NCBI RefSeq assembly: GCF_009914755.1
Contig: NC_060932.1
Direction: 5' to 3' (one strand)
DNA from: the human T2T-CHM13v2.0 reference genome, Homo sapiens
Length of the DNA: 64,000 bases
Made by a program: the position numbers and the translations under genes. The notes below the pieces were generated by a model, which did not search any database, was not told where the DNA came from, and was given only the letters and a program-made list of their open reading frames with translations. This document shows positions 1 through 14,914 of the stretch, piece by piece. The first letter of the stretch is position 1; each line of letters begins with the position of its first letter.

Positions 1-12
1 GGAAGAGACCCG
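1..12 (+). CDS. Probable 3' end of an upstream coding exon of the host gene (…K-R-P, phase-1 donor)
   Basis: The window starts GGAAGAGACCCG|gtaggt, a good 5' splice site. The terminal G completes GAA (Glu) with the AA that opens exon 13469. Only 12 nt are visible. Confidence 0.4.
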
Positions 13-179
13 GTAGGTAGACAGACTTATGCCTCTTCGAATCCCAGCCCTTCCTCTGACCAGTGTAACTTCCCTGTATCTGTTCTAGATACTGGCATTC
101 AACATAAGACTTAATTTGCTGGAAGAGTTCCATTTCTTATAAAATAAATAAATAAATAAAGTGTGAAAGCCCTTGATAA

Positions 180-320
180 ATCCAACCTCTTCATTTTGCA
201 GATGAGAAAACAAAGGCTCAGGAAAGTAAATCGATTTTCCTAGACCTGTATATCTAATTAGTGATAGACCTCGGTCTCAAACTCAGGGCTTGTAACTGAA
301 TTTAGTGCCCTTTCCCATTT
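180..320 (-). mobile_element. MIR fragment
   Basis: MIR core-like text 'cattttgcagatgagaaaacaaaggctcagga…'. Confidence 0.6.
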
Positions 321-1151
321 ACAGCCCCAATCTCAGGTTCTCCTCAGAGCTTTGTCCCAGGATTTCACTAAAGTAAGGCTATCTGGGTGACACCTAAATG
401 ATGAGAACTCATGGGGACCTAGGGCCCCTGAGCTACCACACACAGGAGCCTGTCAGTTTGTTGACTCATATCACTGGGGTGAGGGTTGGAGCGTACCCTT
501 GGCAGTGAGCCATACAGGGCTCAAGAATGAAAAGAAGCACATGTGAGGTGGTAGTGTAGCATAATGGATGAGAGAAATAAACTCTGGTTCAAATCGCTGT
601 ATACCACATTCACAGTTTTCTCATTTATAAAATGATACTGATGGCTGCCTCACATGGTGAGTAATGAACAAAGTGGCATATGTAAACTATATAGCACAGA
701 GTTAAAAATATAATAATTGGAGTTATCAAGGACTAGTAGCAACACACCCATGTACAGGCAAATGGACATTTCCTCCGACTTTCATACGGCTCATTTTTAA
801 AAAACATAAGCCATGTACCTAGCACATGGTCAACTCACACTAACCCTTGTTAAGGTAGATGAGGAATGATAGACTAAATGGAATCTTTCTTAATTAAAGA
901 TTTCTATTACAAATGTATTATTTCCAATTCAGAAAGGCATACTTGCCTATACTTTTTAATAAAAAAAATAGATTTTAGAAAGTTTTTAACATGCTGTCTA
1001 TGGCACTGAAATGTTACTGTAACTGAAATATTCTGTCATGTTGCCTAAATCAATATTTCCCTTTGAGGAACTCTGTAAAATTCATTATTATGTAAAACAA
1101 CCCTTACAGCAAAGGACTTTGATAACCAATTTGCACTTCAGTTTAAAGGAT

Positions 1152-1192
1152 TATGGAGAACTCATTTAAATATGGAGAACTCATTTAAATAT
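1152..1192. repeat. 19-bp perfect tandem duplication (tatggagaactcatttaaa)x2
   Basis: Units at 1152-1170 and 1171-1189, followed by a partial 'tat'. Confidence 0.9.
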
Positions 1193-3068
1193 AAATCACC
1201 TCAAAGAGAAAAATGTGGTCCTTATTCCATCATAATATACCTTTCAGTTTGCTGCAATGACTAATACCTTCCATATATCTTTTTGGAAGATCATTTAGAA
1301 ATGTAACACTAAAATTCAAAGCTTGCATCTTTTTTTCATGAGATGTCACTTACTTTTGAACATGTTTAAACTTTTACAGTCATGAGACAGTTGCTTTTAA
1401 AATAATAAGACTTAGTCCTTTGATATTTATGTCTCTTTAACTTTTTATGAAGAAAATGAATTTGTAACTCCATTCTTTTAGTAATTGTTTCCTGAATAGT
1501 GTATTTATAGAAATAAAAGATAAATGTTTTATATATTTTACTATATTTTCTTCACGAAAAAAATCAGGTTTGCTTGGAAAGAATTAACACTACCTTATGG
1601 AAAGTAGAGTGAAATGCACTAAAACTCATTTTAAAATGCTCAGTGGCTCCTTATTCAAGGGGACAGTCATTACAATGCTTAATTAGTTGAAAGCTAATTA
1701 CTTACTTGGTAGCTAGCATTTACTCTTCATTATTACTCTTTCATAAATTTCTCACTCCTAATTTACTATTAGTTATTTATTTAATAGTGAAATTTTCCAG
1801 CAGAGAAATAATGGCAGGAAGGAGATGGAGAATCTGAAAGTGTGGGGAAGGACACACAACATGGGCTGTGCCTGAGGTCAAGTTCCATAGTATCTTTTTT
1901 TTGGAAGCGAACTCCTAAGCTCTCAGTACATTACTTTGGATTTTCTATACCTTAAATTGCTCAAATAGATGTGTGTGTGGTGTCCTGTCATTTGAGATTG
2001 TTAAGTTCCTCAGAACAAGATCATGTCTTCTCTTCCCTAACTCTACCCAACACCAGGTATTATGTACTGGGCACAACTTAGCAAGTCATTTAACTCTCTT
2101 AGGTCTCAAGTCTTTCAAATGTAAACTAGAGGAATGGGTTATGGCCTCAAATGTATATTCTGGCTTCTAAAACTATGATTACTGTGAATCCACCATGCAT
2201 GTATTATTTTTTCCATTACATCACACAACTTCTTTGGGGATATAGTGACTATGTAGATTATAGAAAACCACAAGTAACACTTAAAATCAGTTCGGCCAGC
2301 AATTTTGCCTCATTGTTAGATGATTCTTTTAAAAGAGCCGCATATAAGTTGCCACATATGCATAGCACAAATTACATGCTTTACGCAAAGATGTTAAGTG
2401 AACAAAAACAGTGAAAAGCACAAGAAGGAAAAGTAAAAAGACTGGATAGCATGCAATGGGAACAGTTACTCCATGGGTAACTACATTTTTTAAAAAATTA
2501 CATTTCAAGTGCAGACTTTCTGAAGTGAAAAGGCAATTATTAGACATTATTTAGTTCAATTTTATTCTCACTGTTATTCCTGATACATGAGCAGCCAAGT
2601 CTGACTGGGACAATTCCAGTGATAACATTGGGATGTTAGACTTACGTCTTAGAGAGGTTACAAGCAGGAGTCCCACAAGATAAATTCATCCTACCCATAT
2701 GTTTGGTATAAGAGATGAAGTTTTCAAAAATAAATTAATGTCCAAAAATTGGAGTATTGTAAACAAATCTCAAAATATGAGCTCTTTTGAAAATATTGAA
2801 CTTTTCAATACTGCTACTCAATCACTCTACACATGGCATGCACTTTTCAGTTTGCTAATATCTTTATCCAGCCAGTTCATGTATTTATATTATCTATTTG
2901 GTCCCTGTTCACATTCATGTCTGAGACTCCCATTGCAGGTTTTCCTTACACTGAGCTAAAATGTATTTTGCTTTCACTTGGTTCAGTTATCACTCTTATG
3001 TTCTCTGAAAAGAAACTTAATGTCTAATTCTTTGTGATACAACAGTCAATTAAGAATTTAAAGGGAGT

Positions 3069-3401
3069 GGCCGGCCGCGGTGGCTCACACCTGTAATCCT
3101 AGCACTTTGGGAGGCTGAGGCAAGTGGATCACTTGAGGTTAGGAGTTCGAGACCAGCCTGGCCAACATGGTGAAACCCTGTCTCTACGAAAAATACAAAA
3201 ATTAGCCGGATGTGGTGGCACATGCCTGTAATCCCAGCTACTCAGGAGTCTGAGGCAGGAGAATTGCTTGAACCCAGGAGGTGGAAGTTGCAGTGAACTG
3301 AGATCACGCCACTGCACTTCAACCTGGGCGACAGCGAGATTCCATCTCAAAACAAATAAATATATATATATATATATACACATATACGCACACACATATA
3401 T
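3069..3401 (+). mobile_element. AluS (Sx/Sz-like) with tail degenerated to (TA)n/(CA)n
   Basis: Full dimeric Alu ggccggccgcggtggctcac…ccatctc-A tail. TSD atttaaagggag at 3056-3067 and 3402-3413. Confidence 0.97.
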
Positions 3402-4329
3402 ATTTAAAGGGAGCTATAGTATTCTCACCCCTCCAAAACCTTTGAACAGAGAGTTGATATCATTGGCCTATGGGTATTCATCTTAACTGCATTCAAATTT
3501 TGATCACAGCATCGTAGAGGCCTTTTTGGTCTAGAGAAATATCAACAGTTCCTTTAGTTGCTTCTCATTTAACTTGGTTTTGCACCTTAAACTATTGCCA
3601 TCTCTCTTCTCTAGTCATTATGTAGTTTGTCAACACAGATTACGTTGCTCAGAATGGAAAGTGTTGCTCCAGATATGATCTGACTGCTGTAGCCTATAAC
3701 ATGACTACCATTTCTGTTCTGAATACCTTACTGCTCTCATTGACACTTCAGATTGAATTGGTGATGCTTCCGGTTAAAGATGATGAATTAAACACATGAA
3801 TTGAGCAGTGTTTTCTCTTGAAGCTGCATTAAAAACAAGGAAAGGGTTTAGCAGCTGGACAGGAGGTATACCTAATTTAGCACATCCTAGAAATCCAAGT
3901 CCAATTTTAATCACAAACTCCCAAAAAGCTCAGAATTCAAGGCATCATATTCCCCTGGAAAATAAATGGTTGAAAGTCTGTTTAGGAAACAGATTCCTAT
4001 GTCCCAGCTATCCCAACTGCACTTTGAAAGAAGGCTGGAGAAGTTTCCTCTAGTGAAGGTAAAACAGTGGGTCTCAGGGCTGGTAGACAATAAGGAAACT
4101 TGAGAGCACTTAAAAGCAGAGAGGGAGAAAGTTTCCGTAATTACTGTAGAAATGCCCACCTTCTCCCTGACTCAGCTACCACAGCACTGGCAGGACACTA
4201 GAAGAGTCTTCAGTTGAGAACATGAGCAGCCCAAGAGGAAAGACTTAAAGATGCTGATAGAGGGTCAACTAAGGAATCACTCAGCCAGACCACCTACAGA
4301 GACAGTATCTCTCTATACTTACAAAGTTG

Positions 4330-4710
4330 CCAGTCAATATTTTAATGCCCTACTGTTAATGTGAACAAACAAGAATCACCAGATCAAAGAACATAGTTAA
4401 TAAGCAAATGCCAAAAAAAAAAGAAGTCAGAGGAAACAAACATATACAGGAAGAATAAAACTTCAAAAAGAAAAAAAAAAACACTAATACCCTCAGAGAA
4501 ATGAGAAGATACTGTAATAAAAACATAAAATTATAGAACTGAGTATTCAAAGCGCTGATAAAAGAGCTTTTATAAATTAACATATGATAGCACAAATAAA
4601 TAACTCAATACAATGATTGGAAGACAAAATTGGAAAAACTCTCCCAGAAAATATGGAAAAAAAAACAGAAATGGAAAATAGGGGAAGGATATGAGAATTA
4701 CACGATGAAT
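4330..4710 (+). mobile_element. Old L1M (5'/ORF1 region) remnant
   Basis: A-rich decayed L1 ORF1-like text ('ggaagacaaaattggaaaaactctcccagaaa…'). Confidence 0.45.
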
Positions 4711-5718
4711 ATCTGAATAAGCTTTAGTTTCAGTTTTCCTAGGTCATCTGTATTCATTCTGAGTTGGGTTTCAGTTTACCTATGTGGGAACCCAAGGCAC
4801 GGGAACCATCTCAGCCTAATGGCCTTCCAATTAACTGTTTTAATATGCCCTTTCTCTGAAAAGTACTAAAAAGAGTACTTCACCAAAAACACAGCGATAA
4901 ACCAAGAAAGAGGAAAAACAGAGCCTTCCTAAAGCATGGACTCTAAAAGCAAAAAACAAAAGGAATTCTCAAGATAGAGGTAACAGAGATCCTAGGAGAT
5001 GAGCTGTGCAAGAGATCTGGAAAGAAATGAGTCCAGATCAGAACTGCTCAAAAGCTCTGGGATAGACTTTTTAAGACATCAAAATTGATGAAATAGCTAC
5101 TGGGTGGGAAAGAGGATTGGTTGAGAAGGAGGGGTAAGTTTGCATAAGTACGTAAAGAGAAGCACATAGAGAACGAATTTTTAAAACTTGAGGCAATTTT
5201 TAATTCTAGAGAAAATAAAATATTCTTCAGGAAAGAAAAAGTATTCATCCTGTACTAACAACTTAGCTGCACAAAGTACTTTCACCATAAAAATTGTGTA
5301 AAAACTGAAAATTTATTAAATCCAATTTACAATATGATTCTCTAGAGAGATGGGAAGTGAATGGGGATTATAGGACCAAGAACTGAATCCTCAGCTTCCT
5401 AGGGATAATGTCAACAGATAGTGCATAAAACTGATCGAGAAGTAGCAATATAAACAATATTTAGAGATAGGAGTGCATGTATTTAAAAGATTCAGCCAAG
5501 TGAGTGGAAAGCCTTTAAGGAGCTGGAAATGGTGAACAGGTAGGAACAAAACGCTGCTGTTTTCCATAGCAAGCTTGTAGAAATATTTGAGTACAAAAAT
5601 TAAATATTTTAAAGAAGTTAAATATAAGGGGGTGAAAAGACATTGAGTTGTCCTTAGCAACTAGATCAAACCTTTCAACTGCTTACTGGAGTGCTTCCTG
5701 TAGTGCTTCCTCAGTTAA

Positions 5719-6237
5719 CTGTAAAGGCAAGATTGCCCTGGACACTTACTAAAAGCAGCAAGGAAGGCTTTGTTCAAGACTATTGCAATAGGAGATAAAA
5801 TTGAACTCAACTCTGCAAAAATAAAAGGCAGGATAATTTTTTGAATTCTAGAATGAGCTAAAGGCAGGCAGATTCTTGAATGCTGGAGCAAGCTAATGGA
5901 AAAGTATTGGGGGATGTTGGAGGAGGATATTTGGCCACCATCTGTGTTTGCTAATTAGCTCTTATTAAAGTTAGGCTGCTACTCTCCCAAGGAGACTGGA
6001 AGACAATGGCTCTATCTTATTCAATGATAACATGTCAAAGAGATAGCTCCTGAATCTTAAGAAAAATATTCCTGGGTTACAGAAAATTTGCCTCTCAAAT
6101 GAGCAGAGAAAGAATTTACAATTGCAAGTTTGCTAAAGCAAACACTCTAAGAAAAGGATGCTCCAGGGCCTATGGTCAGGAAGAAACCTACCTGTAGTTT
6201 AGTCAAGCCAAGGGGAATATTGAAGCCATCTTGTGAA
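5719..6237 (-). mobile_element. Solo ERV LTR-like element (family not assigned)
   Basis: Collinear, diverged similarity to 26650-27160 (catctgtgtttgctaatt…tattcctgggtt…ctctaagaaaagg…gtcaagcc). Confidence 0.6.
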
Positions 6238-8098
6238 TAACTCAATCACAGTCTTTCAAAATTGAATTCTTTCTCCTCACTTTCCTACCTAGATATACTC
6301 CTCTGTACCCTATCTCTGTCATCACTATTACATAAATCCTGTCCATCAAATTGCCAGTCTCAACATTATCCTCTATTCCTACCATAGCAGTGTTGCCAAA
6401 TCTTACCTTGGGTATATTTTTCACCCCTTCCCTCTATTTTCCTAAAGATACGCCAATACCCAAACCCTCATCATCTCTCACATGTTCTGTTGCATTCATC
6501 TTATTTTTTACACCAATTTATTGAGGTACAGTTTACATAGAATAAAATTTACTCATTTCAAGAGTACAATTCAATGACTTAGTGATTTTACCAAGTGATA
6601 CAACCATCACCACAAATCAGTTAGGACATTTTCATCCCCCTAAAAATCACCTTTTAGTTGGTCTCCACTTCTGGTTTGCTTCCTCCCGAATTCACCTTCC
6701 TTGTGGAAAACAGATTTACATTATCTAAGGTCCCAGACAGGAATAAAACAAAACTAGGTTCACATCCCACTAGAGACCTAGTTTAACTTACTAGCTGAAT
6801 GAAATTTGGAAAAGTCCTTATAAAACCTATTAAATGGTTTTATAAGGATTATATAATATCTCTACTAAAACCATTATTAGATTTAAATAAACACAATTAT
6901 ATACCAGTAATTTTTAAATGATTTATGTTGCATTTGTGTCATCTCAACAATCTAGGGTATTTCATGTGAACAACTTTGAAGCCATTTCCTCCAAAAATGT
7001 ACTCACATAACTAATATATTCATCTAAAACATTCTATGTAATTTTCCTGATGTTCATTTATGTGGCTGATAGTAATACCATCCAAAATAAGTTGTATTTT
7101 TCTAAATGGAATTTATTGGAACCATTGAGTTAAATTAATACTATATACAGGTGTTGTAATATAAAATTTTTCTTAAAATACAGTTTATGCTTGTATGCAA
7201 AAACAATGATTCAAGGATACTAACTTGGCTCTAGTGAATAATGTGACTGTTTTTGTATCAACATTCTTTCCAACCATCTGCTAAGTACAATTCAGCTAGC
7301 AATTATCTAGCAATTAAGCCAGCATGTCAAAAAACTTAATTGCCAACTCAACCAATTTTCATAGTTATATTAATGATAATAGCTATGCAGCAAACTCAAT
7401 TTAATAAAAACACTTTGAACATAAATCCCAACAATTCTAACTTGTTTTCTGAATCGTAGATAGCTTTTTGAAGTAGAGATGAGATGTGCAGAAAAAATAT
7501 TTGAATATGAGGATTGGAATTTAATATTAAATTCTTTTCTTTCATGGTTTTTTAAAGCTTTAGGCATTTTCCCTTAAACAGAAATACTTACCTGTAATTT
7601 GTACTTCTTTTCCTTTGATAGTCATTGTTTAGCTAACTAGAACATGTGCCCCTAACTAAACAGACTTCTTCATTCTTGAACTTAAAATTGGTTATTGAAG
7701 AGATTTGAAGTATTCCCTTGGTATGTCAAATTAGGCCTTCTTTTTTTAGAGATATATTAGAAAACAGCCAAGGTTATAAGATCAGAAATTTAAACTTGGA
7801 ATTCCAGCTCTTGCACTTATTACTGTGTGACCATGAGCACTTATTTGTGCCTCAGTTTCCCCATGTGTAAAATGATAAATAAGCCTACATTGCAGTATAT
7901 TTCAAGGACTAAAGTTAATGAATCTTACATGGTCAGCACTTCATAAGCACACACTAACTTGTAGCCATTATAAACCGTTTCTTTTTGTAATCCATAATGT
8001 AGGTGTCTTAGAGGTGTCTTTTTACATAAGCTGTTGGCTTTTTGGCTTCTAATCGACCTTTAAAAAAAATCTAATACTCATTTCTCTTTTCACAAAAG

Positions 8099-8130
8099 AA
8101 ATGCTATGGTCATCCATCACTCTGACTTAA
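8099..8130 (+). CDS. Candidate alternative terminal exon, (E)MLWSSITLT* in phase 1
   Basis: Branch-like ctaat (8071), pyrimidine tract tttctcttttcac, then aag|AA ATG…TAA. Same phase as exon 13469. Followed by non-repeat UTR-like sequence with AATAAA hexamers near 8541, 8672 and 8832. The AAG acceptor is weak. Confidence 0.3.
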
Positions 8131-9203
8131 AGAAGCCAACAGACACTCCAAAAGATGCCAGTGTTCGAAGGCAGCCCTCCTCCAATAAGCACTGGAAGAC
8201 TTCACATTTCATTTTTCTCTTGAAGACTTGTCAATATAAACACAAACAATTTTCTTCCCAGAAAATTTCAGACCTCACATTTTACTTTGACTTTGTGGTT
8301 TGGGATTGTCATGTAGAATGTGGCAACGAGGTTTTTCAGTTTTGTTTCTTTTTAAGTTATCTTGGATTTATATTTTTGTTACCATGGTGTGCAAAATTCA
8401 ACTGTCACTTTAACTGAAAAGAATTTGACACATTTGATATTTATTTTAATTAGTTGATTCCACAATTCATTAATATATTCAGCAAACACTTAACTTGTGA
8501 TTAAGGGTCTGAGTTAGCCACCAGGTAAACAAAGATGAATAATAAAAATGTTTCTGACCCAAAGAAGCTTTAGCAGCAGAGAGAGAAATGCACATACACA
8601 CAAACACACATACACACTCACACAATCACATTGACAGTAAAAAGAGTGATGACTAGAAGAATAACTATGCAAATAAAGAGAATTGTATAAAGAACGAACT
8701 AAACGTTACTCATCTCCAAGAAAAGTAAAATTAGATAATTATTCATAAAAAAAGAACAAGTTGCTTTATCTCTACTTCAGCAATGTAATTACTGAATCAA
8801 AACTGCCTATTAAACTGTGAACCAACAGTTTAATAAAGAAGATGTGCTTTCATGTGTGATTTTATTCATGGAACCTATCATTGTTTAGTGATTATAATAT
8901 TTCCCATTGAGATGATGACAAAAGCTATGTTGACTACCTATTACTAACACACAGGCTGATTGTATTTGTTAAACTCCTGTGACTCAATACCATTATAATT
9001 AAAGCTTTTTTTTCCCTCAACTCAGATAATGACTTCCAAGCATTTAGCTTTCAAGTTAATGATTGGATGATGAGAATAATATATAGGATTTTTTGCAATG
9101 AACTGTATTAATATACCACTGCCTTTGAAATACATCGTCAGAATCACATGTATATTGTATGTTAATACAAAAAATAGAGTAACTATGTCTATGTACTATA
9201 TAC

Positions 9204-9554
9204 TGTATTAGTTTGTTCTCATGCTGCTAATAAAGACATACCCAAGACTGGGTAACTTAAAAAGAAAAAGAGGTTTAATGAACTCACAGTTCCATGTGGC
9301 TGGGGAGGCCTCACAGTCATAGCAGAAAGTGAAAGGCACATCTTATATGGCAGCAGGCAAGAGAGAATGAGAGCCAGGAGAAACGGGAAACCCCTTATAA
9401 AACCATCAGATCTTGTGAGACTTATTTACTATAATGGGGGAAACCACCCCCATCATTCAATTATCTCCCACTGGGTTCTTCCAACAACACATGGGTATTA
9501 TGGGAGCTACAATTCAAGATGAGATTTGGGTGGGGACACAGACAAACCATATCA
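9204..9554 (-). mobile_element. THE1 (ERVL-MaLR) solo LTR
   Basis: tgtattagtttgttctcatgctgctaataaagacatacc…gggacacagacaaaccatatca, the reverse complement of a THE1 LTR, ~350 bp. Confidence 0.9.
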
Positions 9555-10347
9555 GTACTGGACTATGCCTGTCTAAACATAGAACTAAAAAGGCTGTGTT
9601 GAAACCAAAACCCAAGATAATCTTTATAATGCCTGATTCTTAATGATCAGTAGGGGCGAATAATTTTGACATGGGAAATTTGTCTATAGCAATCAAGAAA
9701 TAAATATAGATTCAACTCAAGAACTGTTTTGAGCCTGTTATAACATGTTTGTGTGGTCTTTGCAGTTTAAAAAACACAGTCACATCTTTTTCTTCGTTAG
9801 AGCACACAGCAACTCTGAAATAGATGTTATTTTCATGCTTACCTTTTAGAGAAGAAAATTACAATTAATAGGACTAGTAATTAGCAGAAGTATGGATCTC
9901 AAACCCTATATCCTTCCTGATACCTTATCTCTTCATGTGCAAGGCATTCAGTGAGGGGTACGGAGCACATCAAAATGTTTTGATAACTGACTTGAATTGT
10001 GCCTTTCAGTTTACTAAAGATCGACCTCTGTATCATCCTTTTTGAGTGTGACAACGATCTTCTGAGGCAATAGCTCAACTTTCCAGGAAGCTTAAACACT
10101 AATGAGAAGAAGATGAGAAAACAGTAGAACTAACTATAAGACAGCATTTGATCAGGGCCTTGGTTGATCAAAGAGGGAAAGATTACATTCAGCTGGGAAG
10201 ATCAGGAAAGTCAGCTTTCCTGATACAAGCTGAAACAAATTGATACATGAAGCCAGATGAGGACTATGCATGTTTAAAGTGTGGTCCTACAGGGGTCCTT
10301 TGAAAATCTGCTATGCTTCCTTGGCCAGAGATCTTCTAGAGAAAAAA

Positions 10348-10433
10348 TTATATATACATATACACACAAACACACACACACATATACACACACATATATG
10401 TATATATATTACACACACACACATATGTATATG
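10348..10433. repeat. Compound (TA)n/(CA)n microsatellite
   Basis: Read directly from the sequence. Confidence 0.9.
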
Positions 10434-12669
10434 TTACTTTCAACATCAAAAAGTAAGAGTTCTCAAAGAGCAAATATTTCTGGAATCATTAGAGAAGAAA
10501 TGGATATACTAGGCCAATTGAATTCCTAATATATGTCAATCTTAAGCAAAAGTCCATTTATGTGTTGTAACAAAAAGATAAACACAATGACCTGACATTG
10601 AGAATGTTTGGGTTTAAAAAATTTATAAGATTCAAAGCATTTTTCACTGTACAGAATTATAAGAATCCCAAATTTCTATTTCTCTCTCTTTCTTCAGGTA
10701 CCAACACTAGGTCTTGAAAGCTAGGGCATTTTGAACAAGCGGCAGGGTGACATAGAGTGGCAAGAAGTGAGCGGTTTAGATGATGTGTACAAAAACTTCT
10801 TTTAGGAGGAAGAGTGGGGGGCCAAAACCAGAGTAGCCACCTCCATTGTGCAGTCAAAGGATCAGTGATAGGAGAGGCAACAGAATAGAACAAGAGATGT
10901 GATTAATGGTAAAGGATTCAAAACTGTCCAATGCTCGAGCTAGTCAACTTATCACATCATTTTCTCAGTGGAGCCTACTAATAGATGTGTATGTGGGTTA
11001 ACCTAGGTTACAGATCTAGAACTGTAGAGCACAATGAATGATATGTGGAAGGAAAATGAGAATAAAACCTAGAAATCTTCAGTAAGAGTAAAATTGAGAG
11101 TGTTTTGGTCTTTCTTGCCTTATTTAACTTCCTTTGAATTCAAACAACTGAGTCTTCTCTAGATTAAACAGATTTTTTTCTTTAACTCAGTTTTACCTTC
11201 TTAAATTGGATAATAATTTTCTATATTTAGAAAAAATCTTGGTTACATTTTACAATAACCACTTTATAGTCTTCATAGGACTTTCTGTGCTAAATGTTAT
11301 ATAGACATTAGGAAAAATGGGAAGAATTTATGTACTATACTTCCTTCCATCAGTACATCTGTATATGCATATCAAGATAAAAAGTATAGTTTTAAAAGCA
11401 GAATTCACATCCTTACTGCACAAATAATGTTGTTAAATGGAGAAATTTGAACCTAATAAGTTGATTTTAAAAACATCAAGGCGTGTATAGCTTGTGTCTA
11501 TTTATATGAAGTAAATGTCTTTCTCTTAATGAAAAAGAGCCTATGTTTTGGTCATTTATGATACCCGTAGTAATTATTTCCAGCCTTGGTTTGATCTACC
11601 AGCTCTTTTTCTCCTCTGAAACACAGCCTCAGCCCCATGAGTGTTGTTCTGTGATCTCAACAGGCCTCTTGATCTAAGTTTACTGTTGTTGTTATTCAGT
11701 GAAGAGCATACCGTCTACCTTTTGTATATAATAGAACACATTTATGTAGTCCTTTATAATTTGCAAAACATTTCCCAAATATAAGCTCTGCTAATTCTCA
11801 CAGTAAAACCCAGAGGTAGGTATAGATGAGGAAAGAATGACTTAATGTGCTTAAAGGACCTGCCCCGAACAAATGGCCAAAACTTAGACTCAAACTCAGT
11901 GTCTATAATTCTGTGGGTAAGTAACAAAGCTAGAGCTAGAATCTTGTCAACTAGAGCTCAGAGTAACTAAACTCTGACAACAGAGGCAAGGCACGGCAAC
12001 CCTTTACTACTGTCTTATTTTCAATAAACTTTATCATTTGGAGAATTAAAATGCAAGAAAGTATAGATACACATTTATTTATAAAAGTAATTATTATTTT
12101 AATTATAAGCAATTTCTTGGAAAGAATATCTGCTTATTTGCTTATTTGTACATTATATTTATATCAGTTTGTTGATTTATATATTAGTTATGTTTGGAAA
12201 GTTTGGTGCTGAGACAAAATGTTTATATCAATGCTCATTTTCCTTTTATCTCACGTTATGAAAAAGACCAGAAATGAATACCCTAAAGTTATTTAGCTCT
12301 ATAAACTACCTTTATTGTCATAAATTATCAATAAATAAGATAAAAAATTAGGCTATTTAAAAACTCAGATCAAAGGATAGATTAATCATCTGATAAAAAA
12401 TAACCCAGCAAAATTAGTGAAAACAACCAACTTTTGAATAGTCATGAACACATGGGAATAAGTTAGAGAAGGAGGAACATACAATGATCTAATTTATCGG
12501 ATACCCAACATTTCTTTGTATTATCATAGGGGATGAATACCACCCACTAGAGGAAATAATTACGATGCTGTCAGCACAATTTCCATTTGAGCAGGTTTCT
12601 GTATATGGAATGCACAGATCCTGACAACTAGAGGAAATTCTAGTAATGTGGAGTGTAGCTTCATTTGTT

Positions 12670-12890
12670 GAGCACTTATTATTTGCAAGTCTCTATACTA
12701 ACACTTTGATTCACTATACCAAACCCTGAAAGTTTAGGAAATAGTTGTCCTTATTGCATGGATGAGAAAACTGAGACACATGGAGGGTTAATCATTTCCA
12801 CTTTGCACAGCATCACAAAGCTATTAGGTGATGAAGCTCAACTTTGAACCCAGGTTGTCTGACCCCAGAATTTATGTTCTTAACCATTGA
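12670..12890 (-). mobile_element. MIR
   Basis: 'ggatgagaaaactgagacaca…tttgaacccaggttgtctgaccccagaa…cttaaccat'. Confidence 0.7.
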
Positions 12891-13468
12891 AGTTAACCAC
12901 ATCTGTCAACATAATTTAGACTTTAAAATTTCCGGCAATTATTCACACAGACATGTTGTCTGAAAAACAACATATTTGCTTTTGTACTTTTTTCCTCAGT
13001 GAGTTTTTGTCTTTTTCACTTAGGTTTGAACTTGTCAATGAATTTTCTCAATCCTGCTTCCTTGAGTGAAAAAGTTCTATGTTGTATCTGATTTTTGCCA
13101 TTTGTTTTTGCTCTATTTTTCCTCTCAGAAAGACCATCCTTATTAGAAAGCACTATATATAAAATAAAGTAGCCAGAAAGATCAATCTGTTTATGTAAAT
13201 CTTACTAATTTATGTACTACTACCATCTGGATTCCCTAATTTTTGCTAATTCTGTTAAATAAATATGCTTACATGTAAGTGCACATAGAAATCTGTACAT
13301 GATTTACATGATTGAAAAAATTCAACTTAAAGCATAATATTACCTTACCTTCTGTACACCTTTAATAGCATATAGCGTTTACCCTTTCATGGACTGTTTT
13401 TTCATGGTTTATCCAAATGGCTCATGAGCAACCCAAGGTAGTAGTCATTTGCTTTCTCCCCCCCCCAG

Positions 13469-13641
13469 AAGCTCAGAAGAAGCAATTGGAAGAGAGTCTA
13501 GTGCTGATCCAAGAGGAATGTGTGTCAGAGATTGCAGATCACTCTACAGAGGAGCCTGCTGAAGGAGGGCCAGATGCCGATGGAGAAGAGATGACAGATG
13601 GGATAGAGGAGGACTTCGATGAAGATGGGGGTCATGAGCTG
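13469..13641 (+). CDS. Internal coding exon (173 nt) encoding an acidic low-complexity segment (E)AQKKQLEESLVLIQEECVSEIADHSTEEPAEGGPDADGEEMTDGIEEDFDEDGGHEL
   Basis: Strong acceptor tttctccccccccag|AA, an open purine-rich frame with GC above the flanks, and donor CTG|gtagga (phase 1 in, phase 0 out). Part of ORF 13417..13680. Gene not recognised. Confidence 0.85.
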
Positions 13642-14595
13642 GTAGGAAAGAAACATTTGGTATTCACACCCTTTGGGTAACAACACTAGCATGTTAGCAA
13701 CTCATTCATTCTAAAATAAGGATTAAATCATTTGGGGCTTATTTCTCTTATATGCATATATTTAAGGGAACATGAGTATAGTGCTTTGCACATAATAAGT
13801 GCTCAATACTTTATTGCTAACTTAAAATAGGAAAGTCTAAATGAAGGAGCAAAATAAATATCATGTAAGAGATTAGGTATATTTAAAGTCTAAAGTGAAA
13901 GATTCTCTCCAAAATGCTCCATTGCAAAAGGAACCTTGCATTTATGCAATTACAAGTGAACTATATGTGGATATAATATCCTGGTAACAAACTACAATAT
14001 ACTGGAAGATACCTGGTTTACTAACTGATGATAATTATTTATACTATTTGTATGGCCAACAGTCTTGTCTACAGTGTGCTCCCTAAGATGACACTTTGGT
14101 AGATGGCCAGTTCATCATTTTCAATGCCTGTACTGCCTGATAATCAGTTATTATGAGTTGGGAATTTGGCTAAGACCTGCTTCTTTACAAGTTGTATTTT
14201 CCTAATATTGTAATCATTATACTGCTCATTTCCAGATGTCCTTTCCTGCATAACCACATCACGGACTTGGTAAATGTATGCTGATGAGGATGTTATTTCT
14301 CATATTTTATCAAGCATGAAATTAAATATACTATCTCAAAGGACTTAACTAATAAAAATGATATGCGGGCAAATGTGGGTATATATGTCGCCAACTTCCA
14401 AATATCTATGGACTGATCATGTTAAATTTGGCTTATCCCAGGTAAAAATCAGGTTCCAGTTTAATACTGTACCTTTAGTTACTTAACTCATTTTGTCATG
14501 GTGCTTGTTTTATCAATAGTTTCCAAGACAGCTGAATTGCATAGATTCTATATTAACTTTTAACATGCCAGCTCTGTTAAAATTTATGGCACCTT

Positions 14596-14914
<319 letters not shown>

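Noticed and set aside
37-50. ttcgaatccc B-box/tRNA T-loop-like motif
   Set aside because: No A-box or cloverleaf context.
13417-13680. 87-aa ORF as a single-exon gene
   Set aside because: The coding-like composition is confined to the part bounded by splice sites (13469-13641). The ATG and stop lie in intronic flanks.
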